In this document: piece by piece, positions 1 to 12,084 of the stretch
Layout: every line of letters begins with the position of its first letter
Position numbering within the stretch: the stretch's first letter is position 1
Assembly: GCA_000165345.1 (NCBI GenBank)
Contig: CM000436.1
Location: 1,216,001 to 1,280,000, forward strand
DNA: 64,000 nucleotides
Direction: 5' to 3'
Translations under genes and position numbers: made by a program
The notes under the pieces: generated by a model
Told to the model about the DNA's origin: nothing
What the model saw: only the letters and a program-made list of their open reading frames with translations
Database searches by the model: none

Positions 1-112
1 ACTCCAATCCATTAAGTCCTATCATAAAGTTCTTTTATTTTTATTACTTTACTATTAATTTGTTTTTCTTAAAATTTCTTTTTTTTCTCATCGATATAAA
101 AATATTACCACT

Positions 113-124
113 TTGGCGCCAAAT
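113..124. promoter_or_regulatory. Palindromic E2F/DP-like site TTTGGCGCCAAA
   Basis: Exact 12-bp palindrome matching the TTTSGCGCSAAA E2F consensus. Only GC-rich word in an AT-rich spacer. Confidence 0.4.
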
Positions 125-285
125 CATTCGATACCATATTAATAATGCCGGTATGTAAAAAAAAATTGTAACGGTATCATGTCTCGAGATCTAAAAATTT
201 TACAAAATAAAATAAGCAAAATAAAAATAAAGAATATTAATAAAATACAAAAAAATTAAACTGAATTAAACAAAATATGATTTTT

Positions 286-3200
286 CTATTCATGTCTACC
301 AATTGTATCTGAAATATCTGGAAAATCTTCTTTAGCTTCTTGTTTATGTGTTGTAATATTTTGAGATTTTGTGTTGTCAATTTTACATATCTCTGAATCC
401 TTGTGTGAATTTTCAACACTTGTTTGAGATAAAAACGCTGTTTCATTTCCTTGAAATACCACAGAATTACTTTCAAAAGTTAAATTAGAGTTATTATTAT
501 TGTTTTTTATTGTTGAAGGAGTGTAATTGCCTAATGTAATATCTCCAACTGAAATATTATTCCCATCGTTTATATTCAAATTAGAATTCATATTAGAATT
601 TGAAGTAGAAATAGTGTTAGAATTTGACTGATTGTTTGAAAATCTATAAGTATTGGTTACAGGATTAGAATGGAGTTTGAAATTAAGGTTTTTTTGAAAA
701 AATAAGTTTTCATCCAGTAATATACTATTTTTAGGACTTGCATTGCTACTTTGAGAATAAGATTTAAAGAATTGTAAGGTATTATGAAGTCTTCTTTTTA
801 ATGAAATATACTTTTTAAATAGAATTATCTGAGAAATAAATAAAGTAGTAAAAAGTAATGCAATAATTAAAGTCTGGAAATGATTATAAAAGTAACCAAA
901 TAAATTTAGTATTGATAACCTTATACTTTCAAATAGTTGTGTTAAATAGGTTATTGCTTCACCTGAATAATATTTTCCAAGAAATCTTTCAAGGTAACTT
1001 CCTACTAAATTTAAACTTTGGATTAAATAAATATCTCCCAATTTTAAAAATTTGATCTGATCTGTATCATTTTGTTCATTTTCTGTATTATTCATATTAG
1101 AACCCAATAGTATATCTTGGAGAAATTTTACTGAATTTGAAAGTCTATATATTGAATCATTTATATCATCAAAAGAAGAGTTAAAATCTGCAATAATTGC
1201 TCTTCTTTCAAGCTTCACTGTATCCAATTGTTTCTCTAAAATCTTAACTCTATCTATTAGAGATAATAATGGATGTGATTTTGAATTTGTAAAATAACGA
1301 CCATTTATTGATTCTAAATGATCTTCAAAAATTTCTCTCTTATCAATATACTTATCCTTTTCTTGATTCTTGATTAATAAACTCCTACTTTCTGATCTTT
1401 TAACCTCAAATGCTCCAAGCATATCATCATCTTTTCTTTTTTTATTATTTGTACCTGTATTAAAATTACTAGAATTAAAATACATTATTTGTGGTTTCTG
1501 ATCATTTATTGTTTCATGTATATCTCTTTCAATATCTCTTTTCCAAAGACGATTCTCTACATCTTTAACACTCTCTTCCATCTCTGACATTGAAATAGAA
1601 CTTCTTCTATCACCTCCTCCCATCTCAACCTCTAATCTATTAATTACATTATTTCCAAAAATTTGAATCCTATTTAAATGACAATAATAATGTCCTTCTT
1701 CATAATATGATATTGCTCTCACTCTAATATAACGAACCCAACATGGATTTGAACCATGAACTAAGTTATTCTCCTTAATATGGCCACCAGAAATAATAGA
1801 ATCTTTTCTAATACCAGATACTGATTGATCTCTATTATTTCTATGATCTATTTTATCAGATGCTTTACTTAAGGTATTATCTTCTTTAATATCAGATACT
1901 CTAGATCCTTTTAAACTGGTATGAATATGATCATGATCATCAATATTATAGACTAAATGATCAAAAAGATGATTTCCTTCATCATGTTTTACACATAAAG
2001 TCTTTAAATCAAACATTTCTTTTGGTAATATTTGATTTCTTCTTAATATACCGATAGGTATCCATTGTTTAGTTGGATATATTAAGCTACCAGAAATTTC
2101 AATTTCTCTAAAAGATGATGAAAAATATTCAAGAGAAAATAATGCAATATATTCAAGAAATATATCTTCTTGAAATCCTATAACAAACCACATTGGCTTA
2201 TTACAAGGTACTAATAGATATGAATCTGGATTAGAAGATTGAACAGATTTTGGACGTAATACTCCTTCACTCCAAGATAAAACTTTACTATTAGAAGAAC
2301 TTGATGCATAATCATAATGTAGAGCTGCTAATTGGCTTACATAAGGTGCTCCTTGAATAACTTTTAATTTACTTTTCTCATCCATTTTATCTTCTCTAGA
2401 AACTTTGATTTCAACCTCTTCTTTCTCTTCCAATCTTGTATTCTTATGTTTAATAGTTTCTAAACTACCACATATATGTAAATCAGGATTTGGACTTCCA
2501 TCATTTCTTAACATAATCATACTATCCAAAAATGGTGGAATACATTTATTTTGGGGAGAAATATGGGAAGATCCTAATGTAGAAGATAAATTTGAACCAA
2601 CAGAAGTTCCTATTGTTGTTGAAATACAAGAACTATGTGATCCTGAAGATGTTGGAATCTTAATAATATCTTTATTAAGTATACTTTCTTCAAAATTATT
2701 GGACTGTTCTTTTGAAACCTTAAAAGGTTCATAGTATTCACCAGATATTTTCCTCTTAAAAGATAATTTAAAGGATTTATCACTATTTGAAGTAGTAGAA
2801 TCTGATTCTAACTCCAAACTTTTATATATATTCAACATAGACTTTGAAACAGCTTTAAGCTTAGCAGAAATTTCCAAATTTTGTTTAATTGGATGCCAAG
2901 AACACTTAAATAGAAATTGTGAAGGATGACAAGAGCTAATTTTTATACCAACTTTACGTAAATCGTCTAACATTAGCTCAAAAATTCCTCCAAGAAGATA
3001 TAAAGGAAAATTTTCTTTCCTTCTTAACTTTGTTCTAGCTACTAAACTTGATAAGCTTGTAATATAATTACTAGTAATACCATCAAAGTTTGTTAACTTT
3101 TTATCTTTAATTGAAAAAATGATCTCTCGTATAATGGAATTGAGTTTTGAATCTTTTTTTAATATTAGACATAACTTATTATCTAATTGAGAATTTACTC

Positions 3201-3762
3201 TTTTTATTTGTCTATGTAGAATTGGGGAAACCCATATTGGTAAACTGTCAAGTCTAGAATCATTACAACCTTTACAATAAGGGCATGGTTTTCTAGAAGA
3301 AAGTATATCAACAAGTTGAATAAGTCGATCAAATGATTCCATTACAGATACTGAAACTCTTGAAATTTTGATTTTGTGTCTTCTTAGAATATTAATTCTA
3401 CAATCAGCAGGATTTAAGTTTGTGAAATAACTTCTTCTTTGAGAATATGTCTTATAGATACTGTTTTCATCTTTTAAATATTCAAGATTTGGTTGATTTT
3501 GGATTTCTCTCTGATTATTAATAGAATCAAGTGCATTAAAATATTTTTTTCCAATGATTATTTGCTTATTATTTTCATTTCTTTTGTCTCTTTTGGTAAT
3601 TTCCTCATTTTTATTATATAGTTTCTCAATAACTCTGACGTAAATTTCATGAAATTCATGGTTTTCACAATATCCTATATATTGGATAGTTGAGCATAGA
3701 GTGATTGCATAGAAAATACCAAAAATGACTAAAAATGTCGGAAAAACTTTACATTTTATCAT
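286..3762 (-). CDS. Membrane protein with signal peptide, central SUN domain, coiled coil and C-terminal TM helix (SUCO/Slp1-like mid-SUN protein); N/S-rich tail
   Basis: Uninterrupted 1158-codon ORF. N-terminal hydrophobic MIKCKVFPTFLVIFGIFYAITLCS. RVRAISYYEEGHYYCHLNRIQIFG matches the conserved C-terminal end of SUN domains (..GHPEYTCLYRFRVHG in SUN1). Predicted TM helix TLIIALLFTTLFISQIILF follows, then an N/S-rich tail. Confidence 0.5.
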   Translation of the reverse strand: MIKCKVFPTFLVIFGIFYAITLCSTIQYIGYCENHEFHEIYVRVIEKLYNKNEEITKRDKRNENNKQIIIGKKYFNALDSINNQREIQNQPNLEYLKDENSIYKTYSQRRSYFTNLNPADCRINILRRHKIKISRVSVSVMESFDRLIQLVDILSSRKPCPYCKGCNDSRLDSLPIWVSPILHRQIKRVNSQLDNKLCLILKKDSKLNSIIREIIFSIKDKKLTNFDGITSNYITSLSSLVARTKLRRKENFPLYLLGGIFELMLDDLRKVGIKISSCHPSQFLFKCSWHPIKQNLEISAKLKAVSKSMLNIYKSLELESDSTTSNSDKSFKLSFKRKISGEYYEPFKVSKEQSNNFEESILNKDIIKIPTSSGSHSSCISTTIGTSVGSNLSSTLGSSHISPQNKCIPPFLDSMIMLRNDGSPNPDLHICGSLETIKHKNTRLEEKEEVEIKVSREDKMDEKSKLKVIQGAPYVSQLAALHYDYASSSSNSKVLSWSEGVLRPKSVQSSNPDSYLLVPCNKPMWFVIGFQEDIFLEYIALFSLEYFSSSFREIEISGSLIYPTKQWIPIGILRRNQILPKEMFDLKTLCVKHDEGNHLFDHLVYNIDDHDHIHTSLKGSRVSDIKEDNTLSKASDKIDHRNNRDQSVSGIRKDSIISGGHIKENNLVHGSNPCWVRYIRVRAISYYEEGHYYCHLNRIQIFGNNVINRLEVEMGGGDRRSSISMSEMEESVKDVENRLWKRDIERDIHETINDQKPQIMYFNSSNFNTGTNNKKRKDDDMLGAFEVKRSESRSLLIKNQEKDKYIDKREIFEDHLESINGRYFTNSKSHPLLSLIDRVKILEKQLDTVKLERRAIIADFNSSFDDINDSIYRLSNSVKFLQDILLGSNMNNTENEQNDTDQIKFLKLGDIYLIQSLNLVGSYLERFLGKYYSGEAITYLTQLFESIRLSILNLFGYFYNHFQTLIIALLFTTLFISQIILFKKYISLKRRLHNTLQFFKSYSQSSNASPKNSILLDENLFFQKNLNFKLHSNPVTNTYRFSNNQSNSNTISTSNSNMNSNLNINDGNNISVGDITLGNYTPSTIKNNNNNSNLTFESNSVVFQGNETAFLSQTSVENSHKDSEICKIDNTKSQNITTHKQEAKEDFPDISDTIGRHE

Positions 3763-4293
3763 AAATATTGTGATTTTTTACTATTTTTTATATAATTTTT
3801 CATTTTCATTGAAACCCCGCTATAATTTATTTTTCCTATACCGGTAATACGTGTACATGCAAATTAGTAATAAATTATATTAAATTAAATTTAATAAATA
3901 AAAAGAAATTAAAACTAGTAATTTATATAGAAATTGGAGAATTATATAAGAAAATTGATTGACTTTGAGCAAATAAGAATTCAATCTATAATTAAATATT
4001 TACTATACTTTACAGATTTGTATGAATATTGTTTTATTATTACTTTGAATTTTGTCCACTTAAAATTGAATTTTGCATAATATATTTTTATCTAGTTATA
4101 TATTTATCCTATAGGTTTTTAAAAAGAGGAAAAAAAAATGTTTTAATCTATGATTATCTAGTTAACATAGTTGAGTAAATATAAAAATTAAATTAAACTT
4201 AACTTAATTCTCGTTAAATAAATAAAGTAAATAGAGTTATTAGAGTTTTCTTAATTTATTAAATCTTTAATATTAATATTAATAATATAATTA

Positions 4294-6384
4294 ATGCTTC
4301 AAAAAGGTGTTCAGGGAAATACAAACTTTAATCAATGGAATTTATTGATTTTATTATTACATTTGCAATTACTAATAGTAAGTGTAAGGTCAAATGGTGA
4401 TGATGAGTTTTATAATCAAGTAGTTCCAGAGGATCACTCTAAAGCAATAATTGACGCATTAAAAAGTAATTTAAATAATAATCCACAATTGAATGGAGAT
4501 TTTAAAGATTTGATTGGAAATTTAAATAATATGAATGGTTATCAGAATCAATATTATTCAGATGGAAGCTTAATAAATATGAATCCAACAGTGAGTTCAA
4601 ACTATAATTCAAATTTTGGTAGTTTTGCTCAATCACAGAGTTATGGTTTAAGAAGTGAAATGAATACTTATTTAGATCCTCAGAATAGTAGAAATCGAGT
4701 AGATTCTAACGATAATACTTATCATATAATTTACTCAAATAATGAAGAAAGAAAAGTGCCTTTATTTTTGTCAAAATCACCCTTGGTGGTAAATAGTGGA
4801 GGAGGAGGAGGAGGAGGAGGAGGATATTCAAGACAAAGCTATAATGTAAATAGTCGACAAGAAATTAACAAATATTTTTCTCCGTATTCTTCAATTCACT
4901 ACTTAACATCTTCAGAAATTCCAAATAATGAAAATTCTAGATGGACTTGGAACCGCATTGAGAAGCCTATATTTAGAACAAACACTGCAAGGCCCATAGA
5001 GTTTAAGCATAAGATCCCAAGTAAGGATGAAGCTTGGTGGAATGTATCATACAATGTAAGAAAGGAGCCCAGAAGAATGGATTATTCAGAGAATTTAGGG
5101 CAGAATGAACTGGTTCAAATCCAAAATACAGCTTTAGGAAATGGAATTGAAATATCTGATCCAAACCTTAGTAATGATTTTGGATCAGTAGCTACTAACG
5201 AAGCTATTGAACAAATTCAAAGCCAGAGCCAAAGCCAAGAACAAAACCAAAGTCAAATACAAAGCCAAGACCAAGGCCAAATTCAAAGCCAAAACCAAGG
5301 ACAAAAACAAGGACAAAACCACCACAGCCAACACTATCATAAACATGGCCACGGCCATAAGCACAAACACAGTAATAACCACAAAGATCAAAACAATAAA
5401 GATGAAGAAGGACACATAGAAGATGAGATTGTAAAGTCTACAACAGTTGGAGACATAGTAAATTTGACTCGGTTGGAATTACCTAACCCATATGATAGAA
5501 AAGTTGCGGTGGATCAGCTTATTTCAACTTCATTAAATAACTTAAAACAAGAAAACTGGTCAATTCCTGTTGAAGAAATAATCAATGCAACTTTTATATA
5601 TCCTGGAACTCAACAACCAGATCTTGTTCCAAATCAAATGGGACCTAAAGTAAAAGTTCAAGACTTTTATTGTAATCCTCAGATTCACAAATGCACCAAT
5701 CTTAAAGAAGTTGGAGTTGCTATTGGTGAACCTATTTGGAAGATTTATAATACTTCTACAATTGGACGAGCTCAAAGAAGAATTAGTAATTTTCTTGATG
5801 ATACGGAGGTAAGTAAAGCTTTTGATTTTATTTTGAAATTTAACCTAAAATTATTTCCTAAAGGATCACCTAACAATGGGACTTACTCAAACCTTTATTG
5901 ATTATATTGAACAAGAGCCAACAGTAAGTTTAATTTAAATATCCATTTTTCAATTTAATTATCCAATTTCTTATAATAATCATTATGTTTTATTAATTAT
6001 TTTTAGATTGAATTATTAGAATCTATTGGAAAAGCTCCATCTAATATATTTCAAATTCCAGAAAATGGTTCAATTAATCAATTCTATGATAATGCAACCA
6101 GAATTGGAGTATTTCAGACTTCAGAATTTATTAGTCCTCTTCCACAAAATGTAAGTTTATTATTATTAACAATAATATTCAATTATATTTAATCTTAACA
6201 AAAATAGAAAACTGATCAAAAATTTGCTAATGCTCTAAAAAAAGCTGCAATTGATTGTTTACTTTCAAATTTCACTTTACCAAATTGTCAAATTCCAGAA
6301 AATAATACTATAAACGAACAAATATATGGAAATAATTCTATATATCAACTTTTTAAAGATCCAAAAGATAAAAAATTATATTAA
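4294..6384 (+). CDS. Secreted low-complexity protein (signal peptide, Gly11 tract, SQ-dipeptide repeats, His-rich HKHGHGHKHKH segment); multi-exon
   Basis: ORF 4294-5901 opens with signal-peptide-like MLQKGVQGNTNFNQWNLLILLLHLQLLIVSVRS. The 3' end appears spliced: GTAAGT donors at 5809, 5924 and 6152; AG acceptors ending at 5863, 6007 and 6207. These give in-frame exons 5864-5923, 6008-6151 and 6208-6384 (TAA at 6382-6384). Exon chain inferred by eye. The alternative of a single 199-nt intron 5809-6007 is not excluded. Confidence 0.55.
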
Positions 6385-6699
6385 TTTCTAATTCTAAAAC
6401 TTACTTACTTATTAGTATCTTTTTCTTTTAATTACATAATTCTCTAAGCTAGGAGCTTTTATTAATTCACACAAATAAGAAACTGAAATTATTCAACTAA
6501 TTAGTTAATTTTATTATAAAAAATCAAAAAAAAAAATTCTATAGATATTTTATACCAATAAAAATCTAAACATCCAAATCACTACCTTATACCTTTTTCA
6601 AAATACAAAAACTCTAATATATAATGTATATATTATATATTTATACACACTCATTTTTGTTCTTCAACTTTATTCTTATACTAATTTTTATTATTTACA

Positions 6700-6745
6700 T
6701 GTGGCGCCATCCAACGTAGTAAAGGATCCTGACTTTTGGCGCCAT
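6700..6745. promoter_or_regulatory. Pair of GGCGCC (E2F-like) sites about 190-235 bp upstream of the UTP23 start
   Basis: TGTGGCGCCAT (6703-6708 core) and TTTTGGCGCCAT (6738-6743 core), 35 bp apart. Confidence 0.45.
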
Positions 6746-6934
6746 AGTCTATAAAGGACAAATAAATATAAAAGAAAAAATGGAAAAAGATAAATAATAG
6801 ATTAGTAGGAAAAAGATTAAGAAAGAAAGAGTGGAAAGGTTGTTTGTATAAATATATGATTGATTAAAATAGAAAAAGAATATTAAAGTTTAATGATTTA
6901 TGATTTGATGAAACTAAATTAATTATTTTAAAAA

Positions 6935-8138
6935 ATGAAGATTAATAGAAAGAAACAGATTAAGCGTATATTAAAGTATTATAAAATAAACTATGGCTTT
7001 GAGGAGCCATATAGACTTTTAAGTAAGTTTAAAATAACTTTGGAAGAATAGAAAAAGATAAGAAGAGTTAAAAATATTAAACTCTAGAAGACCAAAATTA
7101 TTAGATAGAGGTAAATCATAATTATTGAATAAAAGAGTTATACAATAATATTATTTATTTACTAACATTTGCCTCTAATAAAACTATTACTTCTAATAAA
7201 TTCTACTTTTTTCTTTCTTCCAAAGATGAGTTATTATTTTTCCTAATAATTTGAATCTATTTTCTAGTTGATGGTACTTTTATTATGGCAGCTCTTAAAA
7301 ATAAAATACATATAAAAGAACAGTTTCCAAAGATTTTGAATGGGAAAACTACTCCCATTATAACTGATTGCATATACAAAGAGATTGAAATGCTTAATAA
7401 TTTGGAAAGTAAAAAAGCAGATTTTTCTGGTGCAAAACTAATAGCTAGAGGATACTTCAGGCATAAATGTGGTCATACTTACTGTAATGAAAATATCTCT
7501 AATATTGAACATAAGATTTCTCTTATAACAAACAGTCAGGATATTTCTTCTGATCAAGAAGATCAAACTGAAAAAGATACTATTTCTGAAGTTAATAATG
7601 CAGGAAATCAAAATATTCCACGTACATTTGATTCTTTTAGATGCATTTTAGATGTTATTTCAAAAGATAATAATTCTAAAAAATTCATTGTTGCTTCTCA
7701 AGATCCTCTTTTAAGAAAGAAACTTCATAAAGTTCCTGGAGTTCCTTTGATTTATTTAAATAATCAAGTTCCTATATTGGAACAACCATCTACTGCATCT
7801 TATAATCACAAGTTTGCATCTGAAGAACACAGAATGGGGCCTCAAAAGTGGGAATACTCTTTAATTCCATCATTAAAGAGCTTAATTCAGAATAATAATA
7901 ATCTTGATAATAATGAGAGCCAAGAATCAAAGTAAGTTTTAATTCTTTATCATTTTTCATAAATATTTCACCTTTTAATTTCAGAACTAAGAAAAAGAAA
8001 AAGAAAAATCCAAATCCTCTTTCTTGTTTGAAAAAGAAAAAGAAACAAAACACTACCAAGAAATCTTCTGAGCTTAAAGATTCTGAGAAAAAAAAAAGAG
8101 TAAGAACTAAAAGAAAGCAATCCCTAACTAATAATTGA
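6935..8138 (+). CDS. UTP23: rRNA-processing protein UTP23 homolog (PIN-like), 3 exons
   Basis: Homology-guided model. Exon 1 6935-7022 (MKINRKKQIKRILKYYKINYGFEEPYRLL). Intron 7023-7267 (GTAAGT..CTAG). Exon 2 7268-7931 (xDGTFIMAALKN..GAKLIARGYFRHKCGHTYC..FIVASQDPLLRKKLHKVPGVPLIYLNNQVPILEQPS). Intron 7932-7984 (GTAAGT..TTTCAG). Exon 3 7985-8138 (KTKKKKKNPNPLSCLKKKKKQ.. basic tail, TGA at 8136-8138). N-terminal LDGTF motif, GAKLIA motif, VATQD-like core and C-terminal NPLSCLKKKKK all align with animal UTP23. Confidence 0.8.
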
Positions 8139-8227
8139 ATTCTATATACTACTAATTATAGCTTTACTATCTTTTCTATATTTCTTTTTTTTCTCTATTT
8201 TTATTTCAACTATATTATTCTCTTTCT

Positions 8228-8304
<77 letters not shown>

Positions 8305-8486
8305 TCCTTACATTATTAAATTCTATCAAATTCTTAACACTTTAATATTGATTTCAAAATTCTAGAAATCCTAAAAACATAAAACCTAAAACTCCAGTAA
8401 AATATCTTTTTTTCTTTTAATAAAAATGTTCATCAAACTTGCAAATATGCAATTTTACAAGTATCGGCAAAAATTGTAATGTTTAG

Positions 8487-8496
8487 GCGGGAAATA
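8487..8496. promoter_or_regulatory. E2F-like GGCGGGAAAT site upstream of gene 8829
   Basis: TTAGGCGGGAAATAATTTT, about 335 bp upstream of the ATG. Confidence 0.35.
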
Positions 8497-8828
8497 ATTT
8501 TAAGATATTTATTAGCCTTTAGAGGGAAAGTATATTAAATATTTAATAAATGTTTAATATTTGAGGAAATAAAAAGAAAAAATAATAATAATTTAGATAG
8601 AAGAAAAGAGGAAGAAAATTAACTAGTTGAATATAAAATTTCAGAAAATTATTTCTATATTTTAAAGATTTATTAATTAATTGTTTGATCATTTAAATCA
8701 GGATTGGAATTTAATAGACAAACTTAATTAACGATAAATATATATAAATATATATATTTATATTTTTATTAAAAACACCAAGTAAATAAGTAATTAATTG
8801 CATTTTTTTAAAAAAATTTGTGATCAAG

Positions 8829-10116
8829 ATGTTTAAAAGAGGAGTTATTACTGCTAATTTGGCAAATTTGGTAATTGCTATACTGGTAAGTTTAAAGATT
8901 AGAGTCTAATAAGTTAGATTAGCATTTTCCTAATCTGACTTGATTTGAGTGGTAATTAGTGACATTAACTTTTTCTTCTTTAACAAAAAAAAAGCTTTCA
9001 GGATGTGCGTTTGGAGGGGTAATGTTAGTTCAAAATTGGACTATGTTTGATGGAGTTATTCTATCATGGGAATTGACACCAAGCCAGCTTTACATTACTT
9101 TAAACTGTTCATCTAGAAGCAAAAGATTTTTAGGATTTTGTGTAAATGGTATTAAAGAAATTCATGGTAGCTTTGCTAATGTTGTTCAGGCAATTTGTAA
9201 CCCTTCAGAAAAGTATAAATTCTTAACAAATTCTTGCGAAGATGCAATTTCTTTGACTAATTATTTAAATATTATATACTTTGTTTTATTAGCTTCAGCA
9301 TCCGTTTCTATATTTGGGGTGGCATTCTTAATGTTGTATAGCAGAAGTTTCAAGGTTGAAGATAATAAGACAAATTGTAAAACATCTGAAGTAATTTTAA
9401 AATCTAAACCAAGAATTGGTTTAGCAGTTGTATCAATTCTATTCAGTATTTTGGCTTTATTAGGAGTCAGCTTTTGCAGTGTATTAGTTATTTATTTGAG
9501 CCAATCTTTACAGGATATACTATCATTTAGTTCTGATGTTCCAATATTTACAATTGAACCTTTCAAAGGTTCACTAGGATGGGGATTCTATTTACTTTTA
9601 TTGGCCAATTCTCTATTAATTGTACATATATTGGCTCTTGTAGATTCAACAAGAATGGCAAAAAATCTTTGGTTATTTAGTCAAGAAATTATGGAAAGTA
9701 ATGCAGCAAAACAACATTCTGAGATTGTGATTAAGAATACTAATAAAGTACCAGAGAAATTTTTTGTTCATAGTTTTCCACCATCTTCAATTGAAACTCA
9801 AGGACTTCAAAACACTGGATCCACTTTTCTACCAAATTCAGGAGTTGTTGGAAGTCGTATCCAAGTTCCTATTACTAGTGAAGATCAGTCTCATTGCCAG
9901 TATATGCCTTTAGTTCAAAATCAACAATTATATCCAAAGATTAGTAATACTCCATCAACAAGGTCAGTATGGGGATTTTTCCCAGTTAACTTACTTCCTC
10001 GTTTTAATCCATACAACTCTGGAATGCCAAATTTTATGAATAACTATGGAGATCATCACTGTCATAGACATCAAGGATGTAACCATCATCATCATCACCA
10101 TCATCATCATAATTAA
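8829..10116 (+). CDS. Four-TM membrane protein with C-terminal Cys/His cluster and His10 tract; one intron
   Basis: Exon 1 8829-8885 (MFKRGVITANLANLVIAIL), GTAAGT donor at 8886. Acceptor AG at 8993-8994 (preceded by an A-run) joins in frame to 8995-10116 (LSGCAFGGVMLVQNW..). Hydrophobic segments IIYFVLLASASVSIFGVAFLMLY, IGLAVVSILFSILALLGVSFCSVLVIYL, GWGFYLLLLANSLLIVHILALV. C-terminal ..HHCHRHQGCNHHHHHHHHHHN. Acceptor choice is uncertain. Confidence 0.5.
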
Positions 10117-10401
10117 CTAGTAATTCTTTTGTAATAATTCGAAAAGAATTGTTATAACAAAAAAGTGACAAAAATCCTGAATTGGGGTGTTATCTATTTA
10201 TATATATTTATAAATAAATTCATACTAAGCCCCCTATATTTATTGCAATATATTAATCATTATAGACTTGAATATGTTTTATTAAAATATAACTATAAGA
10301 TAAGATCTATTAGTAAAAATTATAAATTATATCAAAAGATTTGAATAATTCATATTAAATCAATGAATTTCTCTGTAATTCTTTTTCTACTATCTTGAAT
10401 A

Positions 10402-10743
10402 TTAGTATCTAAATTCATCTTTCTTAATTAAACTTGTAACTCCGTGATCTCTTCTTTCTATAGTGTCAGAATGATCAATTCTGCAATCAAGACAATCAAT
10501 TGCTTCAATTCTAATCTTTTGATTTGCTCCTAATTGAATATTAGTAGGAATCACACCACCTGTCTGAGTCCTCCTCATTCTAAAGATTTTTGTTTTGCTA
10601 GAATCTATATACATTTTCCATTTTCGCTTATGGAATCTATGAAATATCATCTTCCCTTCAATATTTAAATCAGAATCTAAGTATAAAGGAGAATTTCTTT
10701 TTACTCCAGAAAATCTATTAGATGTATCAAGAATTTCATGCAT
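10402..10743 (-). CDS. Hypothetical protein; likely 3' exon of a multi-exon gene extending to about 11100
   Basis: 113-codon ORF (MHEILDTSNRFSGVKRNSPLYLDSDLNIEGKMIFHRF..CLDCRIDHSD..). The frame stays open upstream to an AG acceptor (..taatctttag|GAGAAGTTCATAAGATCAAATATTGC..). Candidate upstream mini-exons with GTAAGT donors lie around 10895 and 11025 (e.g. ATGAAGGATGCATTGTTGAAGACTAGAGTTATACAT|gtaagt). Model unresolved. Confidence 0.35.
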   Translation of the reverse strand: MHEILDTSNRFSGVKRNSPLYLDSDLNIEGKMIFHRFHKRKWKMYIDSSKTKIFRMRRTQTGGVIPTNIQLGANQKIRIEAIDCLDCRIDHSDTIERRDHGVTSLIKKDEFRY

Positions 10744-11333
10744 CGCTTCACATGAATTCTCTAGTATTTGTTTTGCAATATTTGATCTTATGAACTTCTC
10801 CTAAAGATTAATAATATAGAAGATAAGCGTATTTTATTCAATTTAATTAGTTATTTTTCATGAATTGTTTTTTTTAATCAAGAATTAAAATAAACTTACA
10901 TTTTGTAATTGGTTAAGGACTTCTGAAAGACACTGTTTTTAATTTTAAGAATACAGAAAAAAAAAATAACAATGAATAGTAACTTCATCTTTAATCTTAA
11001 GCTATCCCATTTCCTATGGGAATTCTGAACTTACATGTATAACTCTAGTCTTCAACAATGCATCCTTCATAGCTCCTTAATAAGAAAATTCTTGAAAAAA
11101 ATGTTATACCCAATTGGTCTCAACCAATAGATTTAATGAAACCAAATTTGAAAAAGATTATTACCTACGTAAATATTAATTAAACCCAAAATAAACCCTG
11201 TATAAGAATACATAACCCGCCTAAACATGTGGGGGGAATAATTAAAAATGACTAAAAAAAAAAGGGAAATTAAAAGAGAGAAAAAAAGAGCAAAAATTTC
11301 ATATAAAATAATTCATAGAACTTGCGATTGAAT

Positions 11334-12084
11334 CTACTTTTTCACAGACATAATCATTGAATTAATATCGTCATTGCTCTGTGAGGCTTTTTCTAAAAGA
11401 CTCATATACTGCATTATATTTGATTTATTAGTTTCTGCAATTCTTCCACACATAATAATTTCCTCAATAATTATGTGAGCCTTATCCAAATTAAACATAA
11501 TATCCAGTTCACACTAATAATGATTTAGTTAGAATCGAATTTTTAAATGTAATTGATTTAATTAAAAAAAAACTTACCACATTCTCAAAATATTTATCTA
11601 AAGTCTCTACAATAAAGTGTATAAGTTCATAATATGATAGTTCATTCTAATACATTATTTAAAATGTATTGGAAAAGAATAATTTTTGATAGTAATTTTA
11701 TTAGGTGAAATTATGATAATATTATTAATGATGATAAAAGAAAAATAGTAAATAAAGATTTTATGTGTAAGTAGAAGAATAAAACTTACCACTGTGTTAG
11801 AATTCTCAAGTCCCATTATAAAATATAACGATGCATATCTCCTAAAAACAATCTATATTAATTATAGAGAAACATTTAAACTTGGGCAATTAAAACGAAA
11901 AAAAAATAAAACTCACCTTATAGTTATTAAACTCAATAAATGGGCATTGATTTTCCCCCTTTAATAAGCATTTTCTTATTAACTGTCCTTCTAGAATAAA
12001 TCTTTCCTCTTTTGAAACATGCGTATAGTACTGGCTTAGTCTGATCTGACCCTGCTTGTTGACGAGTAATAAGAACTTAAGCAT
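11334..12084 (-). CDS. Clathrin adaptor (AP) complex sigma small subunit, 4 exons
   Basis: Exons, minus strand: 11917-12084 (MLKFLLLVNKQGQIRLSQYYTHVSKEERFILEGQLIRKCLLKGENQCPFIEFNNYK); 11790-11852 (IVFRRYASLYFIMGLENSNTV); 11578-11646 (NELSYYELIHFIVETLDKYFENV); 11334-11513 (CELDIMFNLDKAHIIIEEIIMCGRIAETNKSNIMQYMSLLEKASQSNDDINSMIMSVKK, stop). Donors are GTGAGT or GTAAGT. The 159-aa product aligns end-to-end with AP2S1/AP1S ([65 protein letters not shown]). Confidence 0.8.

Noticed and set aside
2405-2734. Plus-strand 109-aa ORF inside the SUN-domain gene
   Set aside because: It is fully nested antisense within a long, well-supported minus-strand CDS. Its translation is low-complexity and has no start context or motifs, so it is a chance ORF.
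5185-5419. Short ORFs on both strands (5185-5415 minus, 5207-5419 plus) over the SQ/His repeat of the secreted protein
   Set aside because: They are produced by the repetitive CAA/AGC/CAC codons read in other frames and sit inside the established + frame.
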